Positions 53,358-62,906 of a stretch of DNA of 64,000 nucleotides are shown here, one piece after another. Numbering within the stretch: the first letter of the stretch is position 1; every line of letters begins with the position of its first letter. The notes beneath the pieces were generated by a model. The model was not told the origin of the DNA, did not search any database, and saw only the letters and a program-made list of their open reading frames with translations. The stretch spans positions 640,001-704,000 of the forward strand of contig OY771587.1 of the NCBI GenBank assembly GCA_963674825.1, written 5' to 3'. Position numbers and translations under genes: made by a program. This DNA comes from Candidatus Cloacimonadales bacterium. GTDB lineage: Bacteria > Cloacimonadota > Cloacimonadia > Cloacimonadales > JAIOQZ01.

Positions 53358-54569
53358 ATGAAGTTTTCATTTTCAGCCGAATTGCAAAAGATACCTGATT
53401 ATATACAGGGCGTCGATCGCGTTTCCGAAATACGTAACGTGATGGTCGCCAATGATGATTACCGGCAGGAAGCCCGTCGCAAACTGGAGGAATTCCTGCT
53501 CAAGATGATTGATATCGAGGCATCAGATATCGACCTCGGTGGCGAAGGCGCTCAAAACAAAGTCTGGTACCGCGTTTTCGGGGATAAAAAACGGCACCCG
53601 GATTACGATTATGTTTCTCGTGACGACTCAACCGCTATGATATGCAGTATCATGACAGACCGGCAGATCGACGGGATCATGATCAGCCACAACTCGGACT
53701 TCTCCTATCGCATCTTCGTTGGGGATATGCAGTATCGCTATCGTGCAGACGCTTACATCGATATGGGGCATCTGGCGATCAACTTCCGTTTGATCAATCC
53801 CACACCGTTCGACATCGCGCAGGTGGGATTCCCGAGCGTGATCCAGAAAAAGTTTGACCTCCAATACGAGAAGAAAGGTCTGATGCTTGTCACCGGTATC
53901 ACGGGCTCCGGTAAAAGTACTACGCTTGATGCCATCATCAATATGAATAACCAGAAGAACGAAGCTCATGTGGTAATCATCGGTTCGCCGATCGAGTACT
54001 TCCACAAATCGGCCAAGTGTATCGTTCGTCACCGTGAAGTGGGCAGGGACACGATCTCTTTCAAAGACGGCACCATTGAAGCCTTGCGTCAGGACCCTGA
54101 TATCATCGTGATCGGCGAGATGCGCGACCCGGATACGATCATGACAGCGCTGGAAGTTACCGATAGCGGTCACAAGGTTTTCTCCACCCTGCATACCGGC
54201 TCGGCGGTTGAAAGCGTTCACCGTATCGTGGCAGAGTGCCCCACTGACGAACAGAACCGCGTTCGCATGCGCCTGGCAGACGTTCTCAGCGTGGTCGTTT
54301 CGCAGAAGCTTGTTCCATCTGTCGATGGCAAGCGCGTCCTGGCAAAAGAGATCCTCAATGTGACGCCGTGGGTCTCGGCAGCTATTATGAACAACAATAT
54401 TTCGGAAATATATCAGATGATCAACGAAGGAAAAGAATACGGCATGATCACACTCGAGCAGGATCTGATGCGGCTTTACGTGACTAAGAAAATCACTAAA
54501 GAAACCGCGATCTCCTTCGCAAATCAGAAAAAACGAATCGTTGAACTGATGAATTACTACAGGAAATAA
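53358..54569 (+). CDS. pilT: PilT/PilU-family ATPase (divergent)
   Basis: Walker A GITGSGKS; Walker B DPDIIVIGEMRD; His box GHKVFSTLHT. Confidence 0.88.
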   Translation: MKFSFSAELQKIPDYIQGVDRVSEIRNVMVANDDYRQEARRKLEEFLLKMIDIEASDIDLGGEGAQNKVWYRVFGDKKRHPDYDYVSRDDSTAMICSIMTDRQIDGIMISHNSDFSYRIFVGDMQYRYRADAYIDMGHLAINFRLINPTPFDIAQVGFPSVIQKKFDLQYEKKGLMLVTGITGSGKSTTLDAIINMNNQKNEAHVVIIGSPIEYFHKSAKCIVRHREVGRDTISFKDGTIEALRQDPDIIVIGEMRDPDTIMTALEVTDSGHKVFSTLHTGSAVESVHRIVAECPTDEQNRVRMRLADVLSVVVSQKLVPSVDGKRVLAKEILNVTPWVSAAIMNNNISEIYQMINEGKEYGMITLEQDLMRLYVTKKITKETAISFANQKKRIVELMNYYRK

Positions 54570-54573
54570 TTAC

Positions 54574-56808
54574 ATGCCGGCAGTGAAGAAAATTTTCGGT
54601 CTGTATCTCGACGGCGACGAGCTGAAGGTTGCCCTTCTCTCCTGTGATAAGGATATCATCACCATTGAGACCCTTTTCAAAGAGAAACTCGTCGGTCAGG
54701 AAGAAAAGCCCGATTTCCCGGACTACGCTGAATCTTTCTCTATGGATGGCACCCACGAGCCACCGCCAGACAGCTTTGAATTCACACCTGCAGCTAACTC
54801 AGAAGATCTCGAATTCGAGGAGTTCAACGAGTTTCCGGGTGAATCGGGTGACGCAACGCAGCAGGCACTGACGCGCGTCGCGCATGCTGTGCAATTCACC
54901 TCCGCCCCGCTTGTACTCAATCTCGATGTTTCCAATGTCAGCTACAAGAAGATCGTCATTTCGGCCAAGACTTCACCCAGAAAGATTCTGGACAAGATCA
55001 AGCGCGCATACTATTCTCCCGATTCAGTCACTATGTCCGCCTACTCCTGGTTCTATTCTGGCGATGACGAAATTGTTGGTATCCGGCATCAAGGATCGAT
55101 GGACCTGCTGGAGAACATGGTCTCGATCAACCAGAATGAATTCGAGAACCGCTTCCAGTTCGCCGGCGTGCAGCCCAATGAAGTTGCTCTGATAAATGCG
55201 ATTCGATATAACCATGACATCTTTGGCATGGATATGACCGCAATCTTTTATATCGGTAATGATTTCTCGCGAATCACCCTGATGCAGGGCGAAGAATTCT
55301 TCATGGAATTGCCGATCATCAACGAAGGTTATAAGAAAGACAGCATTCTCAATACAATCTATTCGCGCTTCCTTCTGGAAAAAGCGCATCACGATATTCC
55401 CTCGCTGAACAGAATCTACCTCGCTGGTAACGGTATCACCGAAGAAACAATCGATTTCCTGAAAGAAAAGGAACCGGATGCAATCGTCGAGATGCTCCTA
55501 CCGGCAAAGATTCTTCCGAATCCGGACAGCCCGGACGAATACTCCGATCGCGAGCTTGCAGAGTACATTATTCCTATCACGCTTGCTGCGATGTATCTTC
55601 AGCCCAAATCGAAACGCTTCCTGCGCTCGGAATTCCTGCCCAAGCAGCTACGACAGCAGAAGCTTTTCTCACTCGGACTCACGGGTATCATCATGCTCAC
55701 GGTTATCCTGGGAGCCCTGTTGTTTGCCATCAGTGGCATTGTAGGCTGGAAAGATAAAAACAAGATGCTCAAGGTGCAGACCGATAACGTGAAGTCTCTC
55801 ATCCAGACGAATCACATGATGATCGATTCGCTCAATGTCATCAGAAAACGCATCGAGAACTACGAGAACAACATCTCCTGGGTCAAAAAATATATTGGAG
55901 AAGACAATCAGTGGCATTATATTCTTGAAGAAATCTCCAGAAATTTTCTCGACCATAGCTTGAGCTGGAGCACCAATATTCATAAGGAAGAAGGACGCTT
56001 CAAAATCGAGGGTTCCACTACGCGGCGGACCAACATTGTGGGCTTCTCCCAAATGTTTCCGTTCGGGCAGATCGAGAAGGTCGAGGAGAAGAAGGTTGAA
56101 GATTACACTGTATGGGATTACCAAATCCTATTCAACATGCCTGATCCTCTTACGACCAAGATCTCCGATTCGCAGAAACCCGATAGCTATATAAAAAGAT
56201 ATAAGAAAAAAGCCGCCGAGCTAAAACCGGCGTCTCCGAAAAAAGAACCTGAAAAACTGGAATCCAAGACTGAAGAACCCAAGAAGGCCCCGGAGAAGCA
56301 GCCTGCGAAGACTGAAGAGCCCAAAAAAGCTCCCGAAAAGCAGGTAGTGAAAAAGGAAGAGCCAAAGAAAGCTCCTGAGAAACAGGTAGCAAAAACGGAA
56401 GCTCCGAAAGAAGTTTCCAAGAAGCAGGAAAAGCCTGCCGCAGAGAACAAGAAACTCTACGACGAGGCGATCAGGCTTCATTTCTCAGGCAAGCACGAAC
56501 AGGCGGCAGTGAAATTCAAGGAATACATTGACAGGTATCAGGATCAGCTTGTAATCAATGCAACGTACTTCCTGGGCGAATGCAAATACAAGCTCGGGAA
56601 GCCAGCGGAAGCTGAAAGCTTATTTGTCAGCGTGCTTAACAATGGCAAGGCAAAGGTTCCTGAAGCCCTCCTCATGCTGGGTATCCTAAACCAGGAAGAT
56701 GGTAAACTGAATATCGCACATGAATTCTGGAACGATCTGGTACAGCGTTTCCCGCGAAGCACATACGCGGATATCGCTCGCCAGAAGCTCGAGAAATATA
56801 AACGGTAA
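54574..56808 (+). CDS. PilM/PilN-like fusion with Lys/Glu/Pro repeat linker and C-terminal TPR
   Basis: N-terminal GLYLDG..LKVA (PilM-like); IYLAG; EFLP followed by a TM helix and a PilN-like region (W......F.IEG); C-terminal YFLGEC TPR. Confidence 0.6.
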   Translation: MPAVKKIFGLYLDGDELKVALLSCDKDIITIETLFKEKLVGQEEKPDFPDYAESFSMDGTHEPPPDSFEFTPAANSEDLEFEEFNEFPGESGDATQQALTRVAHAVQFTSAPLVLNLDVSNVSYKKIVISAKTSPRKILDKIKRAYYSPDSVTMSAYSWFYSGDDEIVGIRHQGSMDLLENMVSINQNEFENRFQFAGVQPNEVALINAIRYNHDIFGMDMTAIFYIGNDFSRITLMQGEEFFMELPIINEGYKKDSILNTIYSRFLLEKAHHDIPSLNRIYLAGNGITEETIDFLKEKEPDAIVEMLLPAKILPNPDSPDEYSDRELAEYIIPITLAAMYLQPKSKRFLRSEFLPKQLRQQKLFSLGLTGIIMLTVILGALLFAISGIVGWKDKNKMLKVQTDNVKSLIQTNHMMIDSLNVIRKRIENYENNISWVKKYIGEDNQWHYILEEISRNFLDHSLSWSTNIHKEEGRFKIEGSTTRRTNIVGFSQMFPFGQIEKVEEKKVEDYTVWDYQILFNMPDPLTTKISDSQKPDSYIKRYKKKAAELKPASPKKEPEKLESKTEEPKKAPEKQPAKTEEPKKAPEKQVVKKEEPKKAPEKQVAKTEAPKEVSKKQEKPAAENKKLYDEAIRLHFSGKHEQAAVKFKEYIDRYQDQLVINATYFLGECKYKLGKPAEAESLFVSVLNNGKAKVPEALLMLGILNQEDGKLNIAHEFWNDLVQRFPRSTYADIARQKLEKYKR
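56266..56433 (+). repeat. 42-bp coding tandem repeat (about 4 units, KTEEPKKAPEKQxx)
   Basis: Units start at 56266, 56308, 56350 and 56392. Confidence 0.85.
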
Positions 56809-56822
56809 GCCGGACAGGTAAT

Positions 56823-57833
56823 ATGTTAACGAAGCTATTAATTTTCGCCGCAGTCGTAGTCGTCGTTTTCCTATTTTTGATGATGCGCTCATCGAAGAAG
56901 AAAGACGGTGGAGGTGGCGGCTCCGAGCAAGATGAATACATCATTGCATCCTACCGTAGCGGCACCAACTACAAGTTCCGTAATTTCATCATCCTTATCG
57001 TTATTCTCTTAGGTGTTATCGGGTGGTGGTTCTTTACAAACAAGAGCCTCAAGAAAGAAAACAAGCGCCTTACCGAGGACAAGGAGAAGCTGGAAGGCGA
57101 ACTACGCGAAACCCAGAACGAAATCATGAAGAAACCGGAGCTGGATGCGCAGCTCGACCGCATCCGGGAAGAAGTGTCGCTTAACAACAAAGTGATGCTC
57201 AAAGAAGACACTTCCACCAAGACGCTCGAATACCTTTTCTATCTGGCCGATAAATACGGCGACTATATGCATTTCGATTTCGGGCTATCCGAATCTGGAA
57301 CGGACAAGGACGACCCGTCTATACAATATAATAAGTACGTGCTGACTGGTAAGGCATTCACGAATCAGGTGTATGCTTTTATCGATCAGCTGGAGCGCCA
57401 ACCGCCGTTCTATGCGGTCGAAGGTATCGCGCTCGAAGCTCTCCCACCCGACCAGAAAGGAAAGGTGGATTTCTCCGTCGAACTCACCGCCTACTATACC
57501 GAGAACGGAACGCCGCTGAATCGGATTGAGCTATACGAAGGCAAGCCCAGAAAGCTCGCCTACAATCCGTTCTTCCCGCGTGTTCATTCGCCGATTATCT
57601 CTGACGACGCGGAATTCCTGATGCTGCTCGATCTCGATAACTGCTCCGTCGTTGCACTCAGCCCCGAACGGGTCTTCCTGCGCAATAACGGAACGGGGAT
57701 CATCCAGATTTTCAATATTGGCGATCGGGTACGCTACGGCTACCTTGAAAGCATCGACTGGAAGAGTCAGGAAGCCGTATTCCGCATCAATCGCTACGGC
57801 GTTGCCGAAAGCGTGAGAATGGGACTCAAATAA
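56823..57833 (+). CDS. PilO-like (possibly PilO/PilP-like fusion) membrane protein
   Basis: TM + coiled coil; G.....YAFIDQLE...(PilO-like); YNPF followed by a beta-rich tail (PilP-like); lies between the pilMN-like gene and the secretin. Confidence 0.55.
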   Translation: MLTKLLIFAAVVVVVFLFLMMRSSKKKDGGGGGSEQDEYIIASYRSGTNYKFRNFIILIVILLGVIGWWFFTNKSLKKENKRLTEDKEKLEGELRETQNEIMKKPELDAQLDRIREEVSLNNKVMLKEDTSTKTLEYLFYLADKYGDYMHFDFGLSESGTDKDDPSIQYNKYVLTGKAFTNQVYAFIDQLERQPPFYAVEGIALEALPPDQKGKVDFSVELTAYYTENGTPLNRIELYEGKPRKLAYNPFFPRVHSPIISDDAEFLMLLDLDNCSVVALSPERVFLRNNGTGIIQIFNIGDRVRYGYLESIDWKSQEAVFRINRYGVAESVRMGLK

Positions 57834-57860
57834 TATGAAAACACATAAGGATACAGGAAA

Positions 57861-59069
57861 ATGAAAGCCATCATCCGAGCGATCATCGTTTTGACTCTTC
57901 TGGCCGTGTACTTCCCGGCCAGCGCACAGACCGCAGCGGAACCCGACGGAAAAGACCTCGTCAGCATGAGCTCCGACACAGATTTCCAGCAAGCGCTGGG
58001 AATCCTGCAAGTCTATCTCATGCGTGAAGAAGGTCGTATCTTCGTCGATCTTTCCAACACAAAGGGCAGTATCGGCTTGAGAATCGACAAGCTTCATTGG
58101 AAAGCCGCGATGATCAGTATCTTCTCCGCCAAGGGCCTCCTCTGGGAAGACACCCACAACGCCATTCTCATCAAACGCGGTGACGACAAGCAAAGTGGAG
58201 CCAGGAAAGCCGGCGGCGCAGCAGCTACTACCACGACATCAATCGTTGAAGAGCTGCGGGATGAAGTCCTTATCGAAGTAACCTTCTTCGAAGCCGACCG
58301 CAACGTGCTCAACGAAGTCGGCATCGACTGGACATCGCTCTCCGATGGAAAAGTCAACTTTTCCGCCAACCTCAACTCCACCGATCAGGTCACTGAAGAC
58401 ATCCTTTCCATCGCGGTGAACGAGACCTGGAAAATCGGTTCGGGCACTATCGATCTGGTTACGCTGTTCAATATCTTCGAAGCAAACGACGAAGGTAGCG
58501 TGATATCACGCCAGCAAGTAACCGTCACTTCTGGCGAAGAGGGACAGGTGCTCGACGGTATGGAATTTTCCATTAAATCCATCGACGAATCGGGAAACAC
58601 AACCGACAACTTCTACAAGGCCGGTACGATCGTAACGGTTACGCCGTATGTCAAGACAGAGCTCAGCGGTAACAAGTTTGTCGAGCTCAATGTCAGTACC
58701 GAGCGCAGCTCCGCAGAACCAGGGGCTGTCAGCACGATCGTCACAAAATCCAGCGCCAGCACCAAAAAGATTCTCTACAACGGCGAAGAAGCCGTCATCG
58801 GTGGGCTCACCACAAAGGAAACCGCTGAAGTGCGTAAGGGCATCCCATTCCTTAAGGACCTCCCGTGGTGGGTATTCGGTATCCGCTATCTGACCGGCTA
58901 CAACAGCCATCAGACCAAATCCAAGGAATTGCTTATCATAATCAAGGCAACCATCCTGCCGGCAATGAGAGAACGCCAGGAAGCCAGACCCGAGCTCAAG
59001 GAAGATGTGGAACGCATCCGCACCGAGATTCCGAAGCTCGAAGAACAGCTATTCGACGAAAAAGAATAG
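57861..59069 (+). CDS. Compact secretin (PilQ/GspD family)
   Basis: Signal peptide; VLIEV.FFE; VTVTP; VIGGL; KGIPFLKDLP; KELLIIIK. Confidence 0.88.
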   Translation: MKAIIRAIIVLTLLAVYFPASAQTAAEPDGKDLVSMSSDTDFQQALGILQVYLMREEGRIFVDLSNTKGSIGLRIDKLHWKAAMISIFSAKGLLWEDTHNAILIKRGDDKQSGARKAGGAAATTTTSIVEELRDEVLIEVTFFEADRNVLNEVGIDWTSLSDGKVNFSANLNSTDQVTEDILSIAVNETWKIGSGTIDLVTLFNIFEANDEGSVISRQQVTVTSGEEGQVLDGMEFSIKSIDESGNTTDNFYKAGTIVTVTPYVKTELSGNKFVELNVSTERSSAEPGAVSTIVTKSSASTKKILYNGEEAVIGGLTTKETAEVRKGIPFLKDLPWWVFGIRYLTGYNSHQTKSKELLIIIKATILPAMRERQEARPELKEDVERIRTEIPKLEEQLFDEKE

Positions 59070-59091
59070 TCTATACATTTACAAAAAAAAG

Positions 59092-59120
59092 AAAAGCCGG
59101 ATCGAAAGGTCCGGCTTTTT
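59092..59120. terminator. Bidirectional-type intrinsic terminator
   Basis: AAAAGCCGGATC-GAAA-GGTCCGGCTTTTT. Confidence 0.8.
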
Positions 59121-59265
59121 ATACAGCTATCCCAACTTCCGAATGTACCGCAGGTTCATCTGAATGTAGGGGATTTTCTGAAATGGTTTGGAATGGTTCT
59201 ATTCAGGTGAAGAACCAAACATTCGGAAGAGTTGCTGTGCAACACCTCCAGAAGTTCGGTCCATC

Positions 59266-59958
59266 CTATAGTACAATCTCAAGTAGCTCACAAAGGTCGG
59301 TAATCGTGTAAGTCGGCGATTGCTCCAGGCCGTGCGGTCTGCCGGAGTGATTGATCCAGCAGGTATCGATTCCGAAGGCCATACCGCCTCCGATATCTGA
59401 ACTCAGGCTATCGCCTATAATAAGCGCTGAATCCTTATCAGCGTGGTCAGCCAAATTGAAAGCATGCTCGAAGATCTCCGCATGCGGCTTGGCTATTCCC
59501 ACCTCTTCCGAGATGATAACCGACGGGAAGAATTCGCGGAATCCGGATTTATCGATACGCGGATGCTGCACATCTCTGAGGCCGTTGGTGATAAGCGCTA
59601 GCTTGAACTTCCCACTAACCTCTTTCACTACATCCATCGCGTTCGGTATGTGATCCGCTTCCTGCTTGAGGAAATCGAGATAGATCCGGCTCATCTCTTC
59701 CGGGTCCATCTCCACGCCGATATGCGCGGCAAATCGTTGAAATCGCTCGGTTCGAAGCTCCACAGCCGTAATTTCGTTGCGCTCGAACTTGCGCCAGGTA
59801 TCGGTGTTGATCTCCTTGTACACCTCAAGGTGCACATCCACGTCATAGGCCACACCGTAGGCCTTAACGGCATTTCGTAGCGCGTTGCGTTCTGCAGCGT
59901 CATAGTCGAGCAGTGTGCCGTCGATATCGAAGAGCAGGAATTCGTAGCGCTTCTTCAT
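59266..59958 (-). CDS. HAD-family YjjG-like pyrimidine nucleotidase
   Basis: FDIDGTLLD, ITNG, KP..EIF, IGDSLSSDI.GG; ATGA overlap start. Confidence 0.88.
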   Translation of the reverse strand: MKKRYEFLLFDIDGTLLDYDAAERNALRNAVKAYGVAYDVDVHLEVYKEINTDTWRKFERNEITAVELRTERFQRFAAHIGVEMDPEEMSRIYLDFLKQEADHIPNAMDVVKEVSGKFKLALITNGLRDVQHPRIDKSGFREFFPSVIISEEVGIAKPHAEIFEHAFNLADHADKDSALIIGDSLSSDIGGGMAFGIDTCWINHSGRPHGLEQSPTYTITDLCELLEIVL

Positions 59959-60569
59959 TTGCACGCCTTCTTGACCTTGCAGATGACAGTGTAGTCATTG
60001 GGCAGGTAATCATCTACGATCCGGTATTCCTCGCAGAACGGTTTGATAATCTCGATCGTCTCTTCCGGATCGGTGTAGTAGTAGCGATCCTCTGGAGTTG
60101 GAGAGCGTTTATGTAGCAGGTTAAACACAACGTGTTCGTTGGCAACGCGGAAAAAGATTTCCATCGCACGTTCGAAGAACTCACGGTTATTGCCAAGGTT
60201 GAGGTTGAACACTCCCGAGCAGAACACCACATCAAAGCAGTGTTCCATAAAATCCTTGTCTGTAAAGATATCCACACAGTGGAATTTCGCATCCGGGTGA
60301 TCGCCGCATGCCCGTCTGACCATCTCTGGCAGGATATCAACGCCCGTGTAATCAAGCGATATCGCCTGATCCTTGAGATATTTCCAAAGGTCTCCAAGGC
60401 CGGAACCTACATCCAGCAAACTGCTGTTGTTCAGATCGACGTTATCCAGCAATGCCCGGAACCGAAGTTCCTGCGCATCACTGCTCTCCCAGTCCAGTAT
60501 CCTGGCGTTTTCCTTGCGATTTTCCAGTTTATCCTGATAATGATCTCGTATTTTATCTACATGTACCAT
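59955..60569 (-). CDS. Class I SAM-dependent methyltransferase
   Basis: LLDVGSGLG, YTGVDI, FDVVFCSGVFN. Confidence 0.88.
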   Translation of the reverse strand: MVHVDKIRDHYQDKLENRKENARILDWESSDAQELRFRALLDNVDLNNSSLLDVGSGLGDLWKYLKDQAISLDYTGVDILPEMVRRACGDHPDAKFHCVDIFTDKDFMEHCFDVVFCSGVFNLNLGNNREFFERAMEIFFRVANEHVVFNLLHKRSPTPEDRYYYTDPEETIEIIKPFCEEYRIVDDYLPNDYTVICKVKKACK

Positions 60570-60629
60570 ATGATTCGTTCATTCTCCTTATATATTCACC
60601 ATCAACCTTATTATGCGTGAATAAATGCC

Positions 60630-61994
60630 TTACGACACCATCCTCTTGTAGAGCTCCTCGTACTGACGGGCAGTATGCTTCCACGACCAGTCCTGTACCA
60701 TCGCATTCAGGAAATACATCTCCCAAAGCTTCTTCTCACGGAAAACATCCAAGGCTTCTTCCACAATCTGGATCAGGCTGTTGGAGTAATAGCTGCTGAA
60801 CATGAATCCGTTGGCGTGAGCCATATCGCGGTTAGTCGCTTCCTTGATCGTATCCGCAAAGCTACCGGTTCTCCGTGCAATCGGAACCGTGCCGTAGCGC
60901 ATCGCGCGCAATTGGGTCGTGGTTCCCGGTGCTTCACGAGAAGGAAGCAGAATCATATCCGCCGCTGCGAAATAACGATGCTCGTCCATCTGGTTAAACC
61001 CGATATGGACGCTGAGGTTACTATAGACTTTGGCCAGATCTTTCAGACGGATCTGGAGCTCGCTCTCACCTGTGCCATAGATGAGCACCTGAAGCGGCAT
61101 ATCCATCAGGTCGGGAATGGCATCCAGAACCAGCTCGCAGCCGTTATCGGCAGTCAATCTTCCACCGTAGATCAGCAGTGGCGTATCCTTATCCTCTTTC
61201 ATACCATATTCGCGTTGCAGGGCAACCTTCAGCTCGCGCTTGCCGTTCAGGTCATGGAAGCGGATGTCCGGGTTCTTATCCTTGGTCGGGTTCCATTCAC
61301 CGTAGCGGACACCATTATTGATCCCGAAAAGCTTGTTGGCGATCTTGAGAAAATACGGATCCAGCTCGTTACCAAACTCGGCCTGCTGTACCTCTTGCGC
61401 ATACTGTCGGCTTGTCGTCGTTACCGAATCGGCAAAGACAAGCCCCAACTTTACCAGGCTCAGATTACCCAGCTTATCGATCTCGTCGCGATAACGATCA
61501 TCAATCTCGAATGCGTCCAGATCGGTAGGCTCAATAAGGCCCTGATGCTGAAGGTCGTAAAATGTGTAGATCGTGAAGACATCGAGCCCCTGGTTTTTCA
61601 CCAGCAACGGGATCAGGCCATTCTGCCAGTGATGTGCGTGCAGAACATCGAACGGGTGCTTCTTGATGAAACGGGCTACACCTCGCGAGAACTGAAGCAC
61701 TTGCTCCATTTCGACCTTCGAGCCATAGAACGGATCGAAGAATCGATCGTTCGGTTTCAAGAAATAGATGTCCTTGTCCGATCCGGAAATTTTACCGTGA
61801 TAAAGCGACAGGCAAATATCTTCATAGTCTTCGATCTTACTGCACTTTATTTCTCTCATCTGCTCGTAAAACGGCATGATGATCGTTGTGTTCGAATGAA
61901 GATTGAAGATGAGATTATGCAGGTTGCTGCCAAGCCCCAGGCGGCTGTACTTGTAGAAAGGCGCCAGCTCGGGGATCACCATCAGGATTCTCAT
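60630..61994 (-). CDS. Glycogen synthase (GT5) homolog with degenerate catalytic motifs
   Basis: GlgA-like layout (ADSVTTTS..YA.E, GINNG, WNP..D, AMRYGTVPIAR.TG...DT, DWSW...A..Y) but key residues substituted; ATG61994 in ATGA overlap. Confidence 0.8.
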   Translation of the reverse strand: MRILMVIPELAPFYKYSRLGLGSNLHNLIFNLHSNTTIIMPFYEQMREIKCSKIEDYEDICLSLYHGKISGSDKDIYFLKPNDRFFDPFYGSKVEMEQVLQFSRGVARFIKKHPFDVLHAHHWQNGLIPLLVKNQGLDVFTIYTFYDLQHQGLIEPTDLDAFEIDDRYRDEIDKLGNLSLVKLGLVFADSVTTTSRQYAQEVQQAEFGNELDPYFLKIANKLFGINNGVRYGEWNPTKDKNPDIRFHDLNGKRELKVALQREYGMKEDKDTPLLIYGGRLTADNGCELVLDAIPDLMDMPLQVLIYGTGESELQIRLKDLAKVYSNLSVHIGFNQMDEHRYFAAADMILLPSREAPGTTTQLRAMRYGTVPIARRTGSFADTIKEATNRDMAHANGFMFSSYYSNSLIQIVEEALDVFREKKLWEMYFLNAMVQDWSWKHTARQYEELYKRMVS

Positions 61995-62905
61995 GTTTCC
62001 TCCCATGTAACCGGTTGCGCTCGGTGAGCATTTTTCCAGCGGCGATGCAGCCAGAACCACTGCTCGGGATATTTTCGAATATATGAATCCATCCGTTCGA
62101 CCATCTTCTGCGTCAGGTCGTTAATATTCTCACGTGTGTCTTCGAGGTTTTCCGTGAATACCGGTTCCTCATAATATAATGTAAAGGATTTATCCGGATT
62201 GCGAACACAAACAGCCAGAAAAATTGGTGAGCCTGTCTTGATCGCGGTTTTTGCAGGCCCCGTATGCACCGATGCAGGGGCTCCGAGCACGTTCAGACGT
62301 ATTCCGTGCTTTCGGGCATCCTGGTCAGCAATAAAGGCTATAATCATATTGGCGCGCAACGCCTTGATTATATATCTGAATGATTTCGATGAATGAATCA
62401 GTGTAACGCCAGCCGATTCTCGCAAATTCTCCGTAAACTCGTTGAACCACGGGTTCCGTTGCGGCTTCATCAACGCGGCAGTCGGGATGCCATGGCGCGA
62501 CATATAGCGGCCTGCCAGCTCCCAGTTTCCGATGTGCATCGAAACCATCACCGCACCCTTGCCGTGCTCGAGCACCTTGCGGATATTTTCTTCACCCACC
62601 ATTGTGATATTCTTGAAGAGCTCGTCGTCGTCGTAGAGGTATTCCTCCGCGATCATCTCGGCCATGTTGAGGTACATCTTGCGGATAAGGTCACGCCGCT
62701 GCGCACGGGTGTATTCGGGATAAGCCCGGGCAATGTTTTCATCCGCCACTTTGCGACGGATTCCCAGGACGCAGCCGACAAAGATCGCCAGTCCCTTGAA
62801 CATAGCTTCGCCCACACGGGCGGGAAAGAGTCTGAAGATCTTGAGGGTAAGAATAAAAAAGAGGAACTCGATGCGGCTCTGAAGTGCTTTATTCTTGCGT
62901 TTCAT
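61991..62905 (-). CDS. Lipid A / lysophospholipid acyltransferase (LpxL/HtrB family)
   Basis: HIGNWE, ADQD, IRKYPEQWFWLHRRWK. Confidence 0.9.
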   Translation of the reverse strand: MKRKNKALQSRIEFLFFILTLKIFRLFPARVGEAMFKGLAIFVGCVLGIRRKVADENIARAYPEYTRAQRRDLIRKMYLNMAEMIAEEYLYDDDELFKNITMVGEENIRKVLEHGKGAVMVSMHIGNWELAGRYMSRHGIPTAALMKPQRNPWFNEFTENLRESAGVTLIHSSKSFRYIIKALRANMIIAFIADQDARKHGIRLNVLGAPASVHTGPAKTAIKTGSPIFLAVCVRNPDKSFTLYYEEPVFTENLEDTRENINDLTQKMVERMDSYIRKYPEQWFWLHRRWKNAHRAQPVTWEET

Positions 62906-62906
62906 T

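Noticed and set aside
56266..56433. Regularly spaced repeats as a possible CRISPR array
   Set aside because: In-frame coding repeats without unique spacers; no cas genes
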